From Treponemataceae bacterium (GTDB lineage Bacteria; Spirochaetota; Spirochaetia; Treponematales; Rectinemataceae), in assembly GCA_963678065.2 (NCBI GenBank), contig CAXXVZ010000004.1, forward strand, positions 416,001 through 480,000: a DNA stretch of 64,000 bases. The letters run 5' to 3'. The position numbers and the translations under genes are program-made. How positions within the stretch are numbered: the stretch's first letter is position 1; each line of letters starts with the position of its first letter. Positions 9,643 to 18,945 of this stretch are shown here, in pieces. The notes beneath the pieces are model-generated. The model was given only the letters and a program-made list of their open reading frames with translations, made no database searches and had not been told where the DNA came from.

Positions 9643-10152
9643 TTAGTATTCAATGCCTTCGCGGGCAGCGATGCCCCTGTCGATGTAGTGCTTGAGCGGT
9701 TTCATTTCGGTGACGAGATCGGCGGCCGCGATGAGGCGGGGGTGAGCGTCGCGTCCGGTGATGACGAGTTCGCAGGTCTCAGGTCGCGAGGCTACAAGCT
9801 CGAGGACATCCTCTACAGGCACGAGTCCGCGCGCGACAGCGACGTTGAGTTCGTCCAGAATGACAAGATTGAATGAAGACGAAGCAACTGCGGTTCGTGC
9901 CCGCTCCATTCCGGTGCGGGCGGCCGCCTTGTCGCGGTCAATTACCGGATCGTAGACCGAGCGTGGCGAGCCGAAAAGCTCGTGCGTAACGGTCGGAAGA
10001 AGCTTCAAGGAGAGAGCCTCACCCGAATACTCGTGCTTGAAGAACTGGCCGATGAATACCCGTTGGCCGCGACCTGCGGCGCGCAGCGCGAGGCCGAATG
10101 CGGCCGTCGTCTTGCCCTTGCCGGAACCTGTGTAAATCTGGAAAAAGTTCAT
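9643..10152 (-). CDS. cobO: Cob(I)yrinic acid a,c-diamide adenosyltransferase (CobO/BtuR)
   Basis: IYTGSGKGKTTAAFG, QFFK, LDE, ITGR, ADLVTEM, AREGIEY. Confidence 0.96.
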   Translation of the reverse strand: MNFFQIYTGSGKGKTTAAFGLALRAAGRGQRVFIGQFFKHEYSGEALSLKLLPTVTHELFGSPRSVYDPVIDRDKAAARTGMERARTAVASSSFNLVILDELNVAVARGLVPVEDVLELVASRPETCELVITGRDAHPRLIAAADLVTEMKPLKHYIDRGIAAREGIEY

Positions 10153-10289
10153 CCACGAAACCTCGCATGGTTCCGTGCGGAGAGGATGTATCGAAGGGGC
10201 AGGAAAGACCGGAATCCCCGGGGTATGGAAGGGCTCCCGACTCGAGTCTGTCCTGTGCCGGACCACCACGAACCGCACAGAGATAATCG

Positions 10290-10548
10290 TCACGGCAGGT
10301 CTTCTGGCTTCCGGCTCAAACCTCACGTCCGGCCTTCCCGAACCTTTTTCAGGATCAGTGGCTTTACCAAACGATCGGAATCCACAAAGATTCCATTCGT
10401 TTGGTGCAGGCGCTCGTAACCGGTCACAGCGGCGGGTCCGCTCCCGATTTACCTTTCTGCCCCGAAAGCCGCTTAGCGGATTCAGGAGCAGTGGTCCACG
10501 GGATTCCCTCTTGGCGACAGCGGGTATTCCCGCTGCCGAACCGTAACG
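10290..10548 (-). ncRNA. Cobalamin riboswitch with an insertion in the P4 loop
   Basis: Minus strand reads AGGGAA, CCCGCCGCTGTGA, GCCACTG, GGGAAGG and the B12 box AAGCCAGAAGACCTGCC, upstream of cobO. Confidence 0.93.
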
Positions 10549-10556
10549 TCGGATTC

Positions 10557-10586
10557 TCTATACTGCTTTGCCCGGGGCGCTGTCAA
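10557..10586 (-). promoter_or_regulatory. Sigma70-type promoter for the riboswitch/cob operon
   Basis: TTGACA-N18-TATAGA immediately 5' of the riboswitch. Confidence 0.65.
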
Positions 10587-10658
10587 CCGCGTCCTCACAT
10601 AAAAACCGGAACATTTCTTTGAAAGCGAATCATGCAAAGAACAGTTCCTGCCAGTTCA

Positions 10659-11697
10659 TCAAGCCGCGGTTGCCGAACACTCATCCCGACTGGTTTTCCT
10701 GTAGTATTCCTCTACCGCATTGAAGAAAGCATCGATATTCGCAAGGGGTGTCGTGGGAGGAATATCGCAGCCGGTAGAAATCACCCAATTGGGGTATTCG
10801 CCCAATCGCTCCAACAATTCAGTGGTTGCGGCTGCCACTGATTCTGCCGTTCCATTCCGGAATTCGCCAGATGGATCAAGATTGCCCATGACAAGCATTT
10901 CCGGTGGGTACTTATCGATCACATCCTCAAGCTTGACGGCGTTGCCAAGATGAAAGGCCTGCGCTCCTGTAGCCAGGATGGGATCCACAAGGTTAGCTGT
11001 TGCCGCAATTATGATAGATGACAAGAAAGTTTTCGTCCTGCACCGCGTCGATGATCTGTTTTATGTACACGCTGGAAAAATCGTGACACAGAGATGGAGA
11101 CAGCAGCCCGGCTGCCGGTTCAGCCATGACTATACCGTTCGCGCCGGCCGCCTTGAAAGCCGGAATATATTGAGTAAGGAACTGACTTGCTTTTTGAAGC
11201 ACCCTGTGTGCCGTGTCGGGTTCTATCAGACATTTTATCATTACCTCAGTCATATCCAAGAGGCGCCCGGCCAAAGAGAAAGGACCAATGACGCCAGCCA
11301 ATACAGGTCGGTCAGTGATCAGTTCTACAGCCTTGGAAATCCCCTTGATACATTCGCCGGTCCGGGCCGCACCAATCTTGGGAATCGCAAGAGCCTCAGC
11401 TTCTTCTTCGGTGTCCACCAGACGACCAATTACCGTAGGCACTTCAGCATCTGAATATAAAACCTTGGCCCCAAATGCTTCGGCCTCCACGGACAGATCC
11501 ATATTGCTCAATGAAGCGGCTGAATCATACCTATCTGCAATGGCTTTCATGCATTGCGCCTGCAATTCCCCGTTATCCACCAAATCCCTGACAGTAATGC
11601 CCAGTATCTGAATGCCGGGAAAAGACAGCACCGGCAAAGGTTTTTTAACTGATGTCTCTTTGATATCTTCAACCCATTGGAACATATTACGCTTCAT
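10659..11697 (-). pseudogene. MtaA/CmuA (URO-D superfamily) methylcobamide methyltransferase, frameshifted at ~10997, in a lower-GC segment
   Basis: DLSVEAEAFGA, GPFSLAG and YHNCG in one frame; MGNLDP and STGCDIP in the next frame. Confidence 0.85.
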
Positions 11698-12021
11698 ATG
11701 CTGACTCCTTGTTACAAAAATATTACAAAATTTAGAATGTTAGCATACGCAAAAACATCTTTCTTGTATTTTTTTCCCAAAATAATGAGTTATATAGCTA
11801 TTTTTTTCTACTTTGCGAATAAACGTCTGTGCACAAGTCTACACACAATGACTGCGTTGCGTTCATAAAGGATAAAAAGATTGATTGAAGACGAAGCAAG
11901 TGCGGATCGTATCCGGAGCGGAGGCACGGCCGAATACATCCGTCGTCTTGCCGTGCGGAGACCTGCATCTGGGAAAAATCATCCATGGAGCCTCGCATGT
12001 ATCCACAGCTTACGAGCTAAT

Positions 12022-12840
12022 TCAGCCTGCCACCGATCTGTCCTTTCTTCGTTCGGCAACCTTCGCCGCGAATACGATGAGCGAGCCGACGACGATGATA
12101 GCGGGGCTTGTCGGCAGATCCAGTGTCGCGGCGAGGACGAAGCCGCCATAATTCATCGCGAGGCCGAAGACGCCGCCCCAGACCAGGGTTCCCCGCAGCC
12201 CCACGCGCATTGATCGGGCCGCGAGGGCAGGCAGGATGGTGACCGCGTCGACCATGAGGGCGCCCGTAACCTTCATGGAGAGGCCGATGCCGAGACACAC
12301 GAGGATGACGATTCCGTAGTAAACCGCGCGGGAAGGAATGCCCTGAGCTGCAGCGAGTTCGCGGTCGTAGAGGACTGCACGGATCTCGCGAAAGAAGAGG
12401 CTTATCAGCGCGATCGTCAGTATGGCTCCGCCTGAGGTCAGCGCAAGCTCGCCATCCGAGAGCGCCAGGACACTGCCCCAGAAAAGATCGAAAGCTTCGA
12501 TCGAGTTGACCTCGGATTTATAGAAGAGAATGAAGGAGAGACCGAGGCTCAGAGTCATCACGAGGCCGAGGTTGCCTCCAGCGGAAGCCGTACCATGTTC
12601 GGAAAGCCGCGCGACGCCCGCACCCGCGACAAAGGCCGCAAGCAAGGCCATCGGAAGGGGGTGGACACCGAGAAGGAGTCCGAGAGCCGCGCCGAGGAGG
12701 GATGCGTGCATGACCGCGAAGCGGGCCGGCACGAGCTCCAGCGCGAGGATGAAGGTGCCGAGAGCCGGGAATGCCGCCCCGGTGGCCGCCAGGGCGATGA
12801 GTGCGCGCCTGAAGGGAGGGAGGGCGAGTAGCTCAAACAT
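12022..12840 (-). CDS. Metal ABC transporter permease (ABC-3 family)
   Basis: MHASLLGAALG, LFWGSVL, MKVTGALM. Confidence 0.9.
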   Translation of the reverse strand: MFELLALPPFRRALIALAATGAAFPALGTFILALELVPARFAVMHASLLGAALGLLLGVHPLPMALLAAFVAGAGVARLSEHGTASAGGNLGLVMTLSLGLSFILFYKSEVNSIEAFDLFWGSVLALSDGELALTSGGAILTIALISLFFREIRAVLYDRELAAAQGIPSRAVYYGIVILVCLGIGLSMKVTGALMVDAVTILPALAARSMRVGLRGTLVWGGVFGLAMNYGGFVLAATLDLPTSPAIIVVGSLIVFAAKVAERRKDRSVAG

Positions 12841-13525
12841 CGCTCATTCCAACACGGCTCTTGCCGAAATCGAGATAGGTGTCGCACAAGATCAGAAGCT
12901 CGCGATCGTGGGATACGAGAAGCATCGAGGCCGCTTTCTCCCGCGCGAGGGATCCCAGAAGTTCGACGATGCCTCTCCGCCCGGCTGTGTCGAGATGCGA
13001 GCCTGGTTCGTCAAAGAGGAGGAGTTCGGGTTCGGCAGCGAGAGCCCGCGCTATTGCGACGCGCTGGTACTGTCCTCCCGAGAGCTCCTGCACGGCGCGA
13101 CGCGCGAGGGTGTCGACTCCGGCCCTCTCCATCGCCGCCCGGATCGCGCGATGATCGTCAGCACAGGTTCTCCCGAGAAAACCTATCCTGCCATATCGCC
13201 CGAGCCCGACGGCCTCCTCTACAGAGAGTCGCAGCTGCCCGGGCGGCCGGGATTGGGGAACATAGCCGAGTCTTGAAAGCAGGCCACGGAAACCTCGCTC
13301 GCCGCGCATGAGTCCCATCAGTCTCAGAGTCCCGGCGCTCGGCGCGTGAAGCCCGAGGCAAGCCTTGAGAAAGGTCGACTTCCCGGCGCCGTTCGGCCCG
13401 CGGAGACCGACGATCCGGTCTCTCTCCCCATCGATCCTGAGCGATACATCCTCCAGGACCTTGACGGGGCCGTAGCCAAGGGATAAGCCCTCGGCCACGA
13501 GAAGGGGTGGGCAGTCAGTGCTCAT
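12833..13525 (-). CDS. Metal ABC transporter ATP-binding protein
   Basis: GPNGAGKST, GYVPQ, LSGGQYQR, FDEP, VSHD. Confidence 0.93.
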   Translation of the reverse strand: MSTDCPPLLVAEGLSLGYGPVKVLEDVSLRIDGERDRIVGLRGPNGAGKSTFLKACLGLHAPSAGTLRLMGLMRGERGFRGLLSRLGYVPQSRPPGQLRLSVEEAVGLGRYGRIGFLGRTCADDHRAIRAAMERAGVDTLARRAVQELSGGQYQRVAIARALAAEPELLLFDEPGSHLDTAGRRGIVELLGSLAREKAASMLLVSHDRELLILCDTYLDFGKSRVGMSDV

Positions 13526-14285
13526 TTCTTGCGGTTTTTGCCGCGGCGAGGAAGGATCGCTCGTTGAGGGCAAAGACATCCTCGATTGTCCTCGTCCCTT
13601 CCAGGCCGGGGAAATTCACCAGCGTAACAAGGGGAGCGCCCGCCGCCTCGACGAGCGCCTTTCCCGAAGGATTGTGGTAATTGTCGATCACGAGAGCGGG
13701 TCTGGCCTTGATGAGATCGAAAAGCAGGGCCGGCGAAGGCTCGCCAGGTCCGAATGTGCCGACAACCTCGAAGCCGAGCCACTCGGCGTAGGTCTTCAGA
13801 TACTTGTGGACGGCGACGCGCCTGTCGGGGAAGGCCGCGGCTACTCTGGCCTTCATGGACTCGGTAGTGGCATCGAATGATCGGACCCAGGACTCATAGA
13901 GCGGCAGCGTGCCGAACAGGATGGCCAGTTTCCGCGTCTCGGACTTGAAGGTCTCGGGGAGATTGTCCGTGTAGACTTCGGCGATCACAAGCCCCTGGCT
14001 CCCGGCGGTCTCGGCGAGGCGCTTCGCGAAACGCTCGTAGCCTGAATGGACGAGAAAGCGGGAGCCCGCGACGGCCAGGAGATCGGATGGCTTGATTTCA
14101 TACTCGGGCGGGTGTCGGAGTTCAAGGGGAGCTATGATCACGATATCGCGGGCGCCCGCCGCACGGGCGAAGGCCGCGGTCCAGGATGTCGAGGCAACAA
14201 CGCGGAAGGGAGCGACCGTCTGGGCGGGAAGAGCCGCGGCCGCGAAAGCGAGGATCGCGCAGGCGATGAGAAATCTGTGTTTCAT
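13515..14285 (-). CDS. Metal ABC transporter substrate-binding protein (divergent TroA/ZnuA-like)
   Basis: Signal peptide, VVASTSW, HPPEYEIKPSD; in an operon with ATPase and permease. Confidence 0.85.
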   Translation of the reverse strand: MKHRFLIACAILAFAAAALPAQTVAPFRVVASTSWTAAFARAAGARDIVIIAPLELRHPPEYEIKPSDLLAVAGSRFLVHSGYERFAKRLAETAGSQGLVIAEVYTDNLPETFKSETRKLAILFGTLPLYESWVRSFDATTESMKARVAAAFPDRRVAVHKYLKTYAEWLGFEVVGTFGPGEPSPALLFDLIKARPALVIDNYHNPSGKALVEAAGAPLVTLVNFPGLEGTRTIEDVFALNERSFLAAAKTARNEH

Positions 14286-14527
14286 GGTGTGAGTCCGTTT
14301 CGGGGTGATCGTGCGGCATCGTGCCGCGAAAGGGCGCTTCCTGCGTCCTGAAACCGCGACCGACAAAAGACAACGTCTTTTGTCGAAACGCGCTGATGAA
14401 AGGATGAGCGGAAGGCGAACCCGCGGTTCGAGCTGCCAGCAAAGCGTACGTCACGTGCGCCATTTACACAGATAGCGCCGCCAGTAAGGCAGGGACAATC
14501 CGCACCGGCTTCATGCCGAGAGGTGTA

Positions 14528-14950
14528 TTATACCGGGCCGAGTCTTTCCTTGGCCAGTGCCGCGGCTTCGTCGAGAAGGCGGCCAAGAGGTTTTTGTTCC
14601 ACTCCCGCGAGTATGAAGTGCTCTTGGGCGACAGGTACAAGGATACGCTCGCCCGGAGCGCGGAGAACGGCCTCAGCCATGGCCGGCGTGATCTCGCCGA
14701 GCATGCCGTTCGGGATGACGATCCCGATGGGCCCCATGACGAGGTCCCCGAGGCCGACCGAGATCTGGATGGCGTTCTCGCCGCTCGCGCCGCGATCGGC
14801 TCCCGCCTTGACCATCCGCTCGGTCGCGCCGGAGTTCGCTCCGAGGGCGATGATCTCGACTCCGTTTCCCACGGATTCCCGGACACGCCCCACGAGCTGG
14901 GAGCCTATGCCCCCTCCCATACCGTCCACGATTACGATGCGTTTTTTCAT
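14528..14950 (-). CDS. DUF3842 family protein
   Basis: IVDGMGGGIG, ALGANSGAT.RMVKAGA..GASGENAI, MLGEITPAMAEAV. Confidence 0.9.
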   Translation of the reverse strand: MKKRIVIVDGMGGGIGSQLVGRVRESVGNGVEIIALGANSGATERMVKAGADRGASGENAIQISVGLGDLVMGPIGIVIPNGMLGEITPAMAEAVLRAPGERILVPVAQEHFILAGVEQKPLGRLLDEAAALAKERLGPV

Positions 14951-15064
14951 ACAGGCAAAACTACCCGCAGTGCCGGGCTGTGTCAAGAAAGCGCAGATAC
15001 CAGTCTATGCCGTCGATGGAGCGAAAACCTTGTACTGAGCGAATCCGTATCACCGAGCCGCGAT

Positions 15065-15904
15065 TCAAACCGTCAGAGCCAGACTCAGGCCCATGACCGC
15101 CATACCTCCGAAGAGCCCCGCCATTGCGAGATGGTGCTCGCCGAACTCATGGGCCGAGGGAAGGAGTTCGTCGAGGGATATGTAGATCATGATTCCCGCG
15201 ACACCTGCGAGGATGAGACCGAACAGCGGTCCGTGGAGGTAGCGCCCGAGAAGAAGGTATCCGATCAGAGCGCCGAGAGGCTCGGAAAGGCCCGAGGCGA
15301 AGGAGTACCAGAAAGCTCGGCTGCGCGATCCGGTCGCATAGTAGACAGGAACAGAGATTGCGATTCCTTCGGGAATGTTATGGATGGCGATCGCGAAGGC
15401 GATAGTGACTCCGAATCGCGGATTTTCGAGGGTTGCAAACAGAGTCGCGATGCCTTCAGGAAAGTTGTGGAGGGTGATGACGAAGGCGGTCAGAAGTCCC
15501 ATGCGGAGGAGCCTCGCACCGCGTCGCGATTCTTCGGCCTCCGGGCAGCTGTGGGAGTCGACGGCTTCGAACTTGGCCGCCTCCTTCGAGCGGGCTTCAT
15601 GGGGATTGATGGCCGGGGGCACCAAGCGGTCGATGAGGGCGATGAGGGCCATTCCTCCGAAAAATCCGCAGAGGGCGGCCTGATAGCCGCCTCGTTTGCC
15701 CCAGATCTCCGTGAGGCGCAGGACTGAGTCGCCGAAGAGCTCTCCAAGCGCGACAAAAATCATGACGCCCGCGGAGAATCCGAGTGAAACAGAAAGGAAA
15801 CGCGAGGTGGTCTGTTTTGAAAGGAGTGCGATGAGGCTGCCTACGCCTGTGGCGAGGCCGGCGATGATGGTTGCCCCGAAGGCGAGTGCGACTGGGTTGA
15901 TCAT
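15065..15904 (-). CDS. zupT: ZIP-family zinc transporter
   Basis: LGFSAGVM, HNFPEG, HNIPEG, GLSEPLGA, DELLP. Confidence 0.95.
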   Translation of the reverse strand: MINPVALAFGATIIAGLATGVGSLIALLSKQTTSRFLSVSLGFSAGVMIFVALGELFGDSVLRLTEIWGKRGGYQAALCGFFGGMALIALIDRLVPPAINPHEARSKEAAKFEAVDSHSCPEAEESRRGARLLRMGLLTAFVITLHNFPEGIATLFATLENPRFGVTIAFAIAIHNIPEGIAISVPVYYATGSRSRAFWYSFASGLSEPLGALIGYLLLGRYLHGPLFGLILAGVAGIMIYISLDELLPSAHEFGEHHLAMAGLFGGMAVMGLSLALTV

Positions 15905-16009
15905 AGGACTGTCGACAAACTACGAGCCTTTTCAACTCGCTGTCAAGCATGGCTGACAGGCCTCGCACATCGGTTGACAGAGTGCCACCACAATCGTCAT
16001 TATGAGCAA

Positions 16010-16825
16010 ATGGCGATAACATCCCTCATCGATGATTTTAGTCCAAAGCGCGGACTTCGCGGCGAGCACGGATTGTCCCTGTATATCGAGGCGGGGGCAA
16101 CGAAGCTGCTCTTCGATACCGGGCAAGGTGGAACCTTCATGGAAAATGCACGAACTATCGGAACCGATCTGACCGGACTCGATGCTGTCGTCCTGAGCCA
16201 TGGGCATTATGATCATGGCGGAGGAGTATCGGATCTGTACAGATCCCTCGAAGCCTCCCTGCCGCCCTTTTTTGCCGGGCGGGGCTTCGATGCCGTGCGG
16301 AGTTCGAGGAGTGGGACCAGACTGATGGATATCGGGCTTCCTGTGCCCGCCCTGCCGCCCGGCGCTCCACTCGCGGTCATCACTACCTTCGAGGAGTTCG
16401 CACCGGGCGTCTGGTTCCTCCCGGCTGCCGAACTCGTCGACGGAGCCGAAGCGAATCCGAAATTCCGCATTTTCAGCGGCGACACGGAAGGAATCGACAA
16501 TTTCGACGACGAGCTCTCCCTCGTTTTCGATGAGGAAGACGGAATCGTAATCGTAACGGGATGCGCCCACCGCGGCATCCTGAATATCGCCCGCGCCGCC
16601 ATGCGGTCCTTCCCCGGTCGTCCAGTGAGGGCGATCGTCGGAGGCTTCCACCTCGTCGACGCGGAGCCCGAAACCCTGTCACGAGTCGCGGCTGGCATCG
16701 CCGCGATCGCCCCGAAGGCTGTCTTTTGCGCTCACTGTACGGGCCCGCGGGGTTTCGCGGCGCTTTCGGAAAGCGTGCAGACGACAGTCGCCTGGCTCTC
16801 CTGCGGCCTGAGCATCACTCTCTGA
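16010..16825 (+). CDS. MBL-fold metallo-hydrolase
   Basis: EHGLSL, LFDTG, SHGHYDHGGG, TGCAHRG, GGFHL, HCTG. Confidence 0.93.
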   Translation: MAITSLIDDFSPKRGLRGEHGLSLYIEAGATKLLFDTGQGGTFMENARTIGTDLTGLDAVVLSHGHYDHGGGVSDLYRSLEASLPPFFAGRGFDAVRSSRSGTRLMDIGLPVPALPPGAPLAVITTFEEFAPGVWFLPAAELVDGAEANPKFRIFSGDTEGIDNFDDELSLVFDEEDGIVIVTGCAHRGILNIARAAMRSFPGRPVRAIVGGFHLVDAEPETLSRVAAGIAAIAPKAVFCAHCTGPRGFAALSESVQTTVAWLSCGLSITL

Positions 16826-16839
16826 AAAGGAGTATCGAT

Positions 16840-17691
16840 ATGGATCTCGTTCCGGAAAAAAAACACAACCCGAGGATCAAGCGGGTTATCGGCGTCGTCA
16901 GCGGCAAAGGCGGCGTCGGCAAGTCCACGGTGGCCGTGCTGCTCGCCCAGGCCCTTGCGGCGGCGGGCAGAGGCGTCGGCATCCTCGACGCCGATATCAC
17001 GGGGCCGAGCCTGCCGCGACTCCTCGGCGTCGATTCCTTCAGGGCCGAATCCGACGGCCACATGCTCTTCCCCATCGTCAATGAAGAAGGAATCAAGGTC
17101 ATCTCGATCAACCTTTTCAGCGAGAACGAGGATGAGCCAGTCATCTGGCGCGGCCCCTTGCTCGGGAAGGCCATCGAACAGTTCTGGGGCGACAGCGACT
17201 GGGGCGACCTCGATTATCTCATCATCGACTTTCCTCCGGGCACTTCCGATATCGCCCTGACCGCCTTCCAGACCATACCCTTCTCGGGCGTCGTCGTGGT
17301 CGGCACGCCGCAGGACTATGTTTCGATGATCGTGACGAAATCGATCAAGATGGCCGCCATGCTGAAGGCGCCAGTGCTCGGCATAGTCGAGAACATGCGG
17401 ACGATGGTCTGTCCCTCCTGCGGTGAGGTGGTCAAACTCTTCGACGACGGGAGTTCGGGCGGCGAGAAGCGCCTCGGACTTCCCCTCATGGCGAGCCTGC
17501 CCTGGAGGAAAGAGGTCGCCCAGGCGCGCTCCCTCCGCTGGGCCGATCTTCCCGACGCGGCGCGCGCGGACGCCGACCTTATGGCGGTCAAGGTGGAGCT
17601 CGCGCTCTTGGCCCAAGATGCGGCGCTGACTTCATCCGCTGACCGGGCATCGGCCACAGTTTCCGCGGGAAAAGCCGCGGCGGCGGGCTGA
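16840..17691 (+). CDS. Mrp/NBP35 family Fe-S cluster carrier ATPase
   Basis: SGKGGVGKST, DADITGPS, WRGP, DFPPGTSD, ENM...CPSC; AAGGAG RBS. Confidence 0.95.
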   Translation: MDLVPEKKHNPRIKRVIGVVSGKGGVGKSTVAVLLAQALAAAGRGVGILDADITGPSLPRLLGVDSFRAESDGHMLFPIVNEEGIKVISINLFSENEDEPVIWRGPLLGKAIEQFWGDSDWGDLDYLIIDFPPGTSDIALTAFQTIPFSGVVVVGTPQDYVSMIVTKSIKMAAMLKAPVLGIVENMRTMVCPSCGEVVKLFDDGSSGGEKRLGLPLMASLPWRKEVAQARSLRWADLPDAARADADLMAVKVELALLAQDAALTSSADRASATVSAGKAAAAG

Positions 17692-17695
17692 TGAC

Positions 17696-18382
17696 ATGTC
17701 GCGCCCGATAAGCGAGCGCAGGCTCGGCGCGCCCATACCGCCCCGCATCATGAAACCCGCGGGCATACCGGCACGCGAGCTCGAGGAAGTTCTTCTCGGC
17801 TTCGACGAGGCCGAAGCCCTGAGGCTGGCCGACCTCGAGGGTCTCTACCAGGAAGCCGCAGCCCGGTCCATGGGCGTTTCGCGGCAGACTTTCGGCAGGA
17901 TCGTCGAAACCGCGCGGCACAAGGTTGCCGACGCGCTACTGAATGGGAAAGCCCTCCGGATCGAGGGGGGCGAAATCGCGATACGCGAACAAGGAGCGTC
18001 AATCATGAAAATAGCGGTACCGTCCCGAAACGGGCTCGTCGACGAACACTTCGGCCACTGCGCGGAATTCCTCGTATTCCGCGCAGAAGGCGGCAGCCTC
18101 GTCGACGAAGCGACGATTCCCTCGCCCGAGGGCTGCGGCTGCAAATCCGGCGTCGCCGCCGACCTCGCCCGTGCCGGAGTGAGCCACCTCGTCGCCGGGA
18201 ACATGGGAGAGGGCGCCGTGCGCGTCCTCGGCTCGCACGGCATTGTCGTCATCCGGGGCGCCTCGGGCAGCGCGAAGGCGGCAGCCCAAGCATTCCTCTC
18301 CGGAACCTTTACCGACTCCGGCCTCGGCTGCGCCGATCATGGTTCAAGCCACGGCGAACCCGGACACGAGTGCACGCATTGA
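17696..18382 (+). CDS. DUF134 HTH domain fused to NifB/NifX (Nitro_FeMo-Co) domain
   Basis: EAEALRLAD.EGLYQEAAA.SMGVSRQTF; then MKIAVP..HFGHC..GCGCK..AGNMG; His/Cys tail. Confidence 0.9.
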   Translation: MSRPISERRLGAPIPPRIMKPAGIPARELEEVLLGFDEAEALRLADLEGLYQEAAARSMGVSRQTFGRIVETARHKVADALLNGKALRIEGGEIAIREQGASIMKIAVPSRNGLVDEHFGHCAEFLVFRAEGGSLVDEATIPSPEGCGCKSGVAADLARAGVSHLVAGNMGEGAVRVLGSHGIVVIRGASGSAKAAAQAFLSGTFTDSGLGCADHGSSHGEPGHECTH

Positions 18383-18412
18383 TCCGGATATGACCGGCAG
18401 GACAGAACAGCC

Positions 18413-18449
18413 GGAACGCTTTGCCCGCCTCATGCGGGCAAAGCGTTCC
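18413..18449. terminator. 16-bp-stem hairpin after the MBL-Mrp-DUF134 operon
   Basis: GGAACGCTTTGCCCGC-ctcat-GCGGGCAAAGCGTTCC; no strong U tract. Confidence 0.55.
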
Positions 18450-18534
18450 CCCCGATGGGAAAAAAATTCGCAGAACATTGCGCTCACCGCAATCTCATAT
18501 ATCAAAAACCATATATAATATCGATAAAACGCAT

Positions 18535-18551
18535 TTGGCACGCTTCCTGCT
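18535..18551 (+). promoter_or_regulatory. Sigma54 -24/-12 promoter
   Basis: TTGGCACGCTTCCTGCT (GG-N10-GC), preceded by an AT-rich tract and the palindrome TTGCG-N5-CGCAA at 18478-18492. Confidence 0.75.
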
Positions 18552-18635
18552 ACAACACCTCTATCCGAATATCGGCAGTTTCAGCTGACAGAAATTATGC
18601 CTGATGTTCTGAAAAGCTCTATAAGGGGGTTTTCT

Positions 18636-18887
18636 ATGTTTCACGGCTGGAATGGCGGCGGCTATGCTTTTGGTTTTCCTTGGGGAGGTTTTACCATGGG
18701 GTTTCTGTTCATTGCGCTCATCGTTCTCGTGATCGTCGCGGTCGCCCGAACAGGCAGGATAGGCAGACTGGGTTCCGGGAACTCGAAAGAGCGAGGTCTC
18801 GAGATTCTGACCGAGCGGTTCGCCCGGGGCGAGATCGACGCGGAGACCTTCCGTTCGATGAAGCATGAGCTCGACGCCAAGCCTTGA
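18636..18887 (+). CDS. Small membrane protein with SHOCT domain
   Basis: Gly/aromatic N-terminus, one TM helix, LEILTERFARGEIDAETF. Confidence 0.9.
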   Translation: MFHGWNGGGYAFGFPWGGFTMGFLFIALIVLVIVAVARTGRIGRLGSGNSKERGLEILTERFARGEIDAETFRSMKHELDAKP

Positions 18888-18945
18888 GTTCTCTCTCCAT
18901 AAACCGTCGCACACACGCACATCAGACTGAAAAAAGGAGAACTTC

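Noticed and set aside
11798..11998. 66-aa ORF at the edge of the low-GC segment
   Set aside because: No RBS or recognisable motif, and it spans a composition boundary.
14400..14445. tRNA-like GGTTCGA motif
   Set aside because: No cloverleaf or acceptor stem can be formed.
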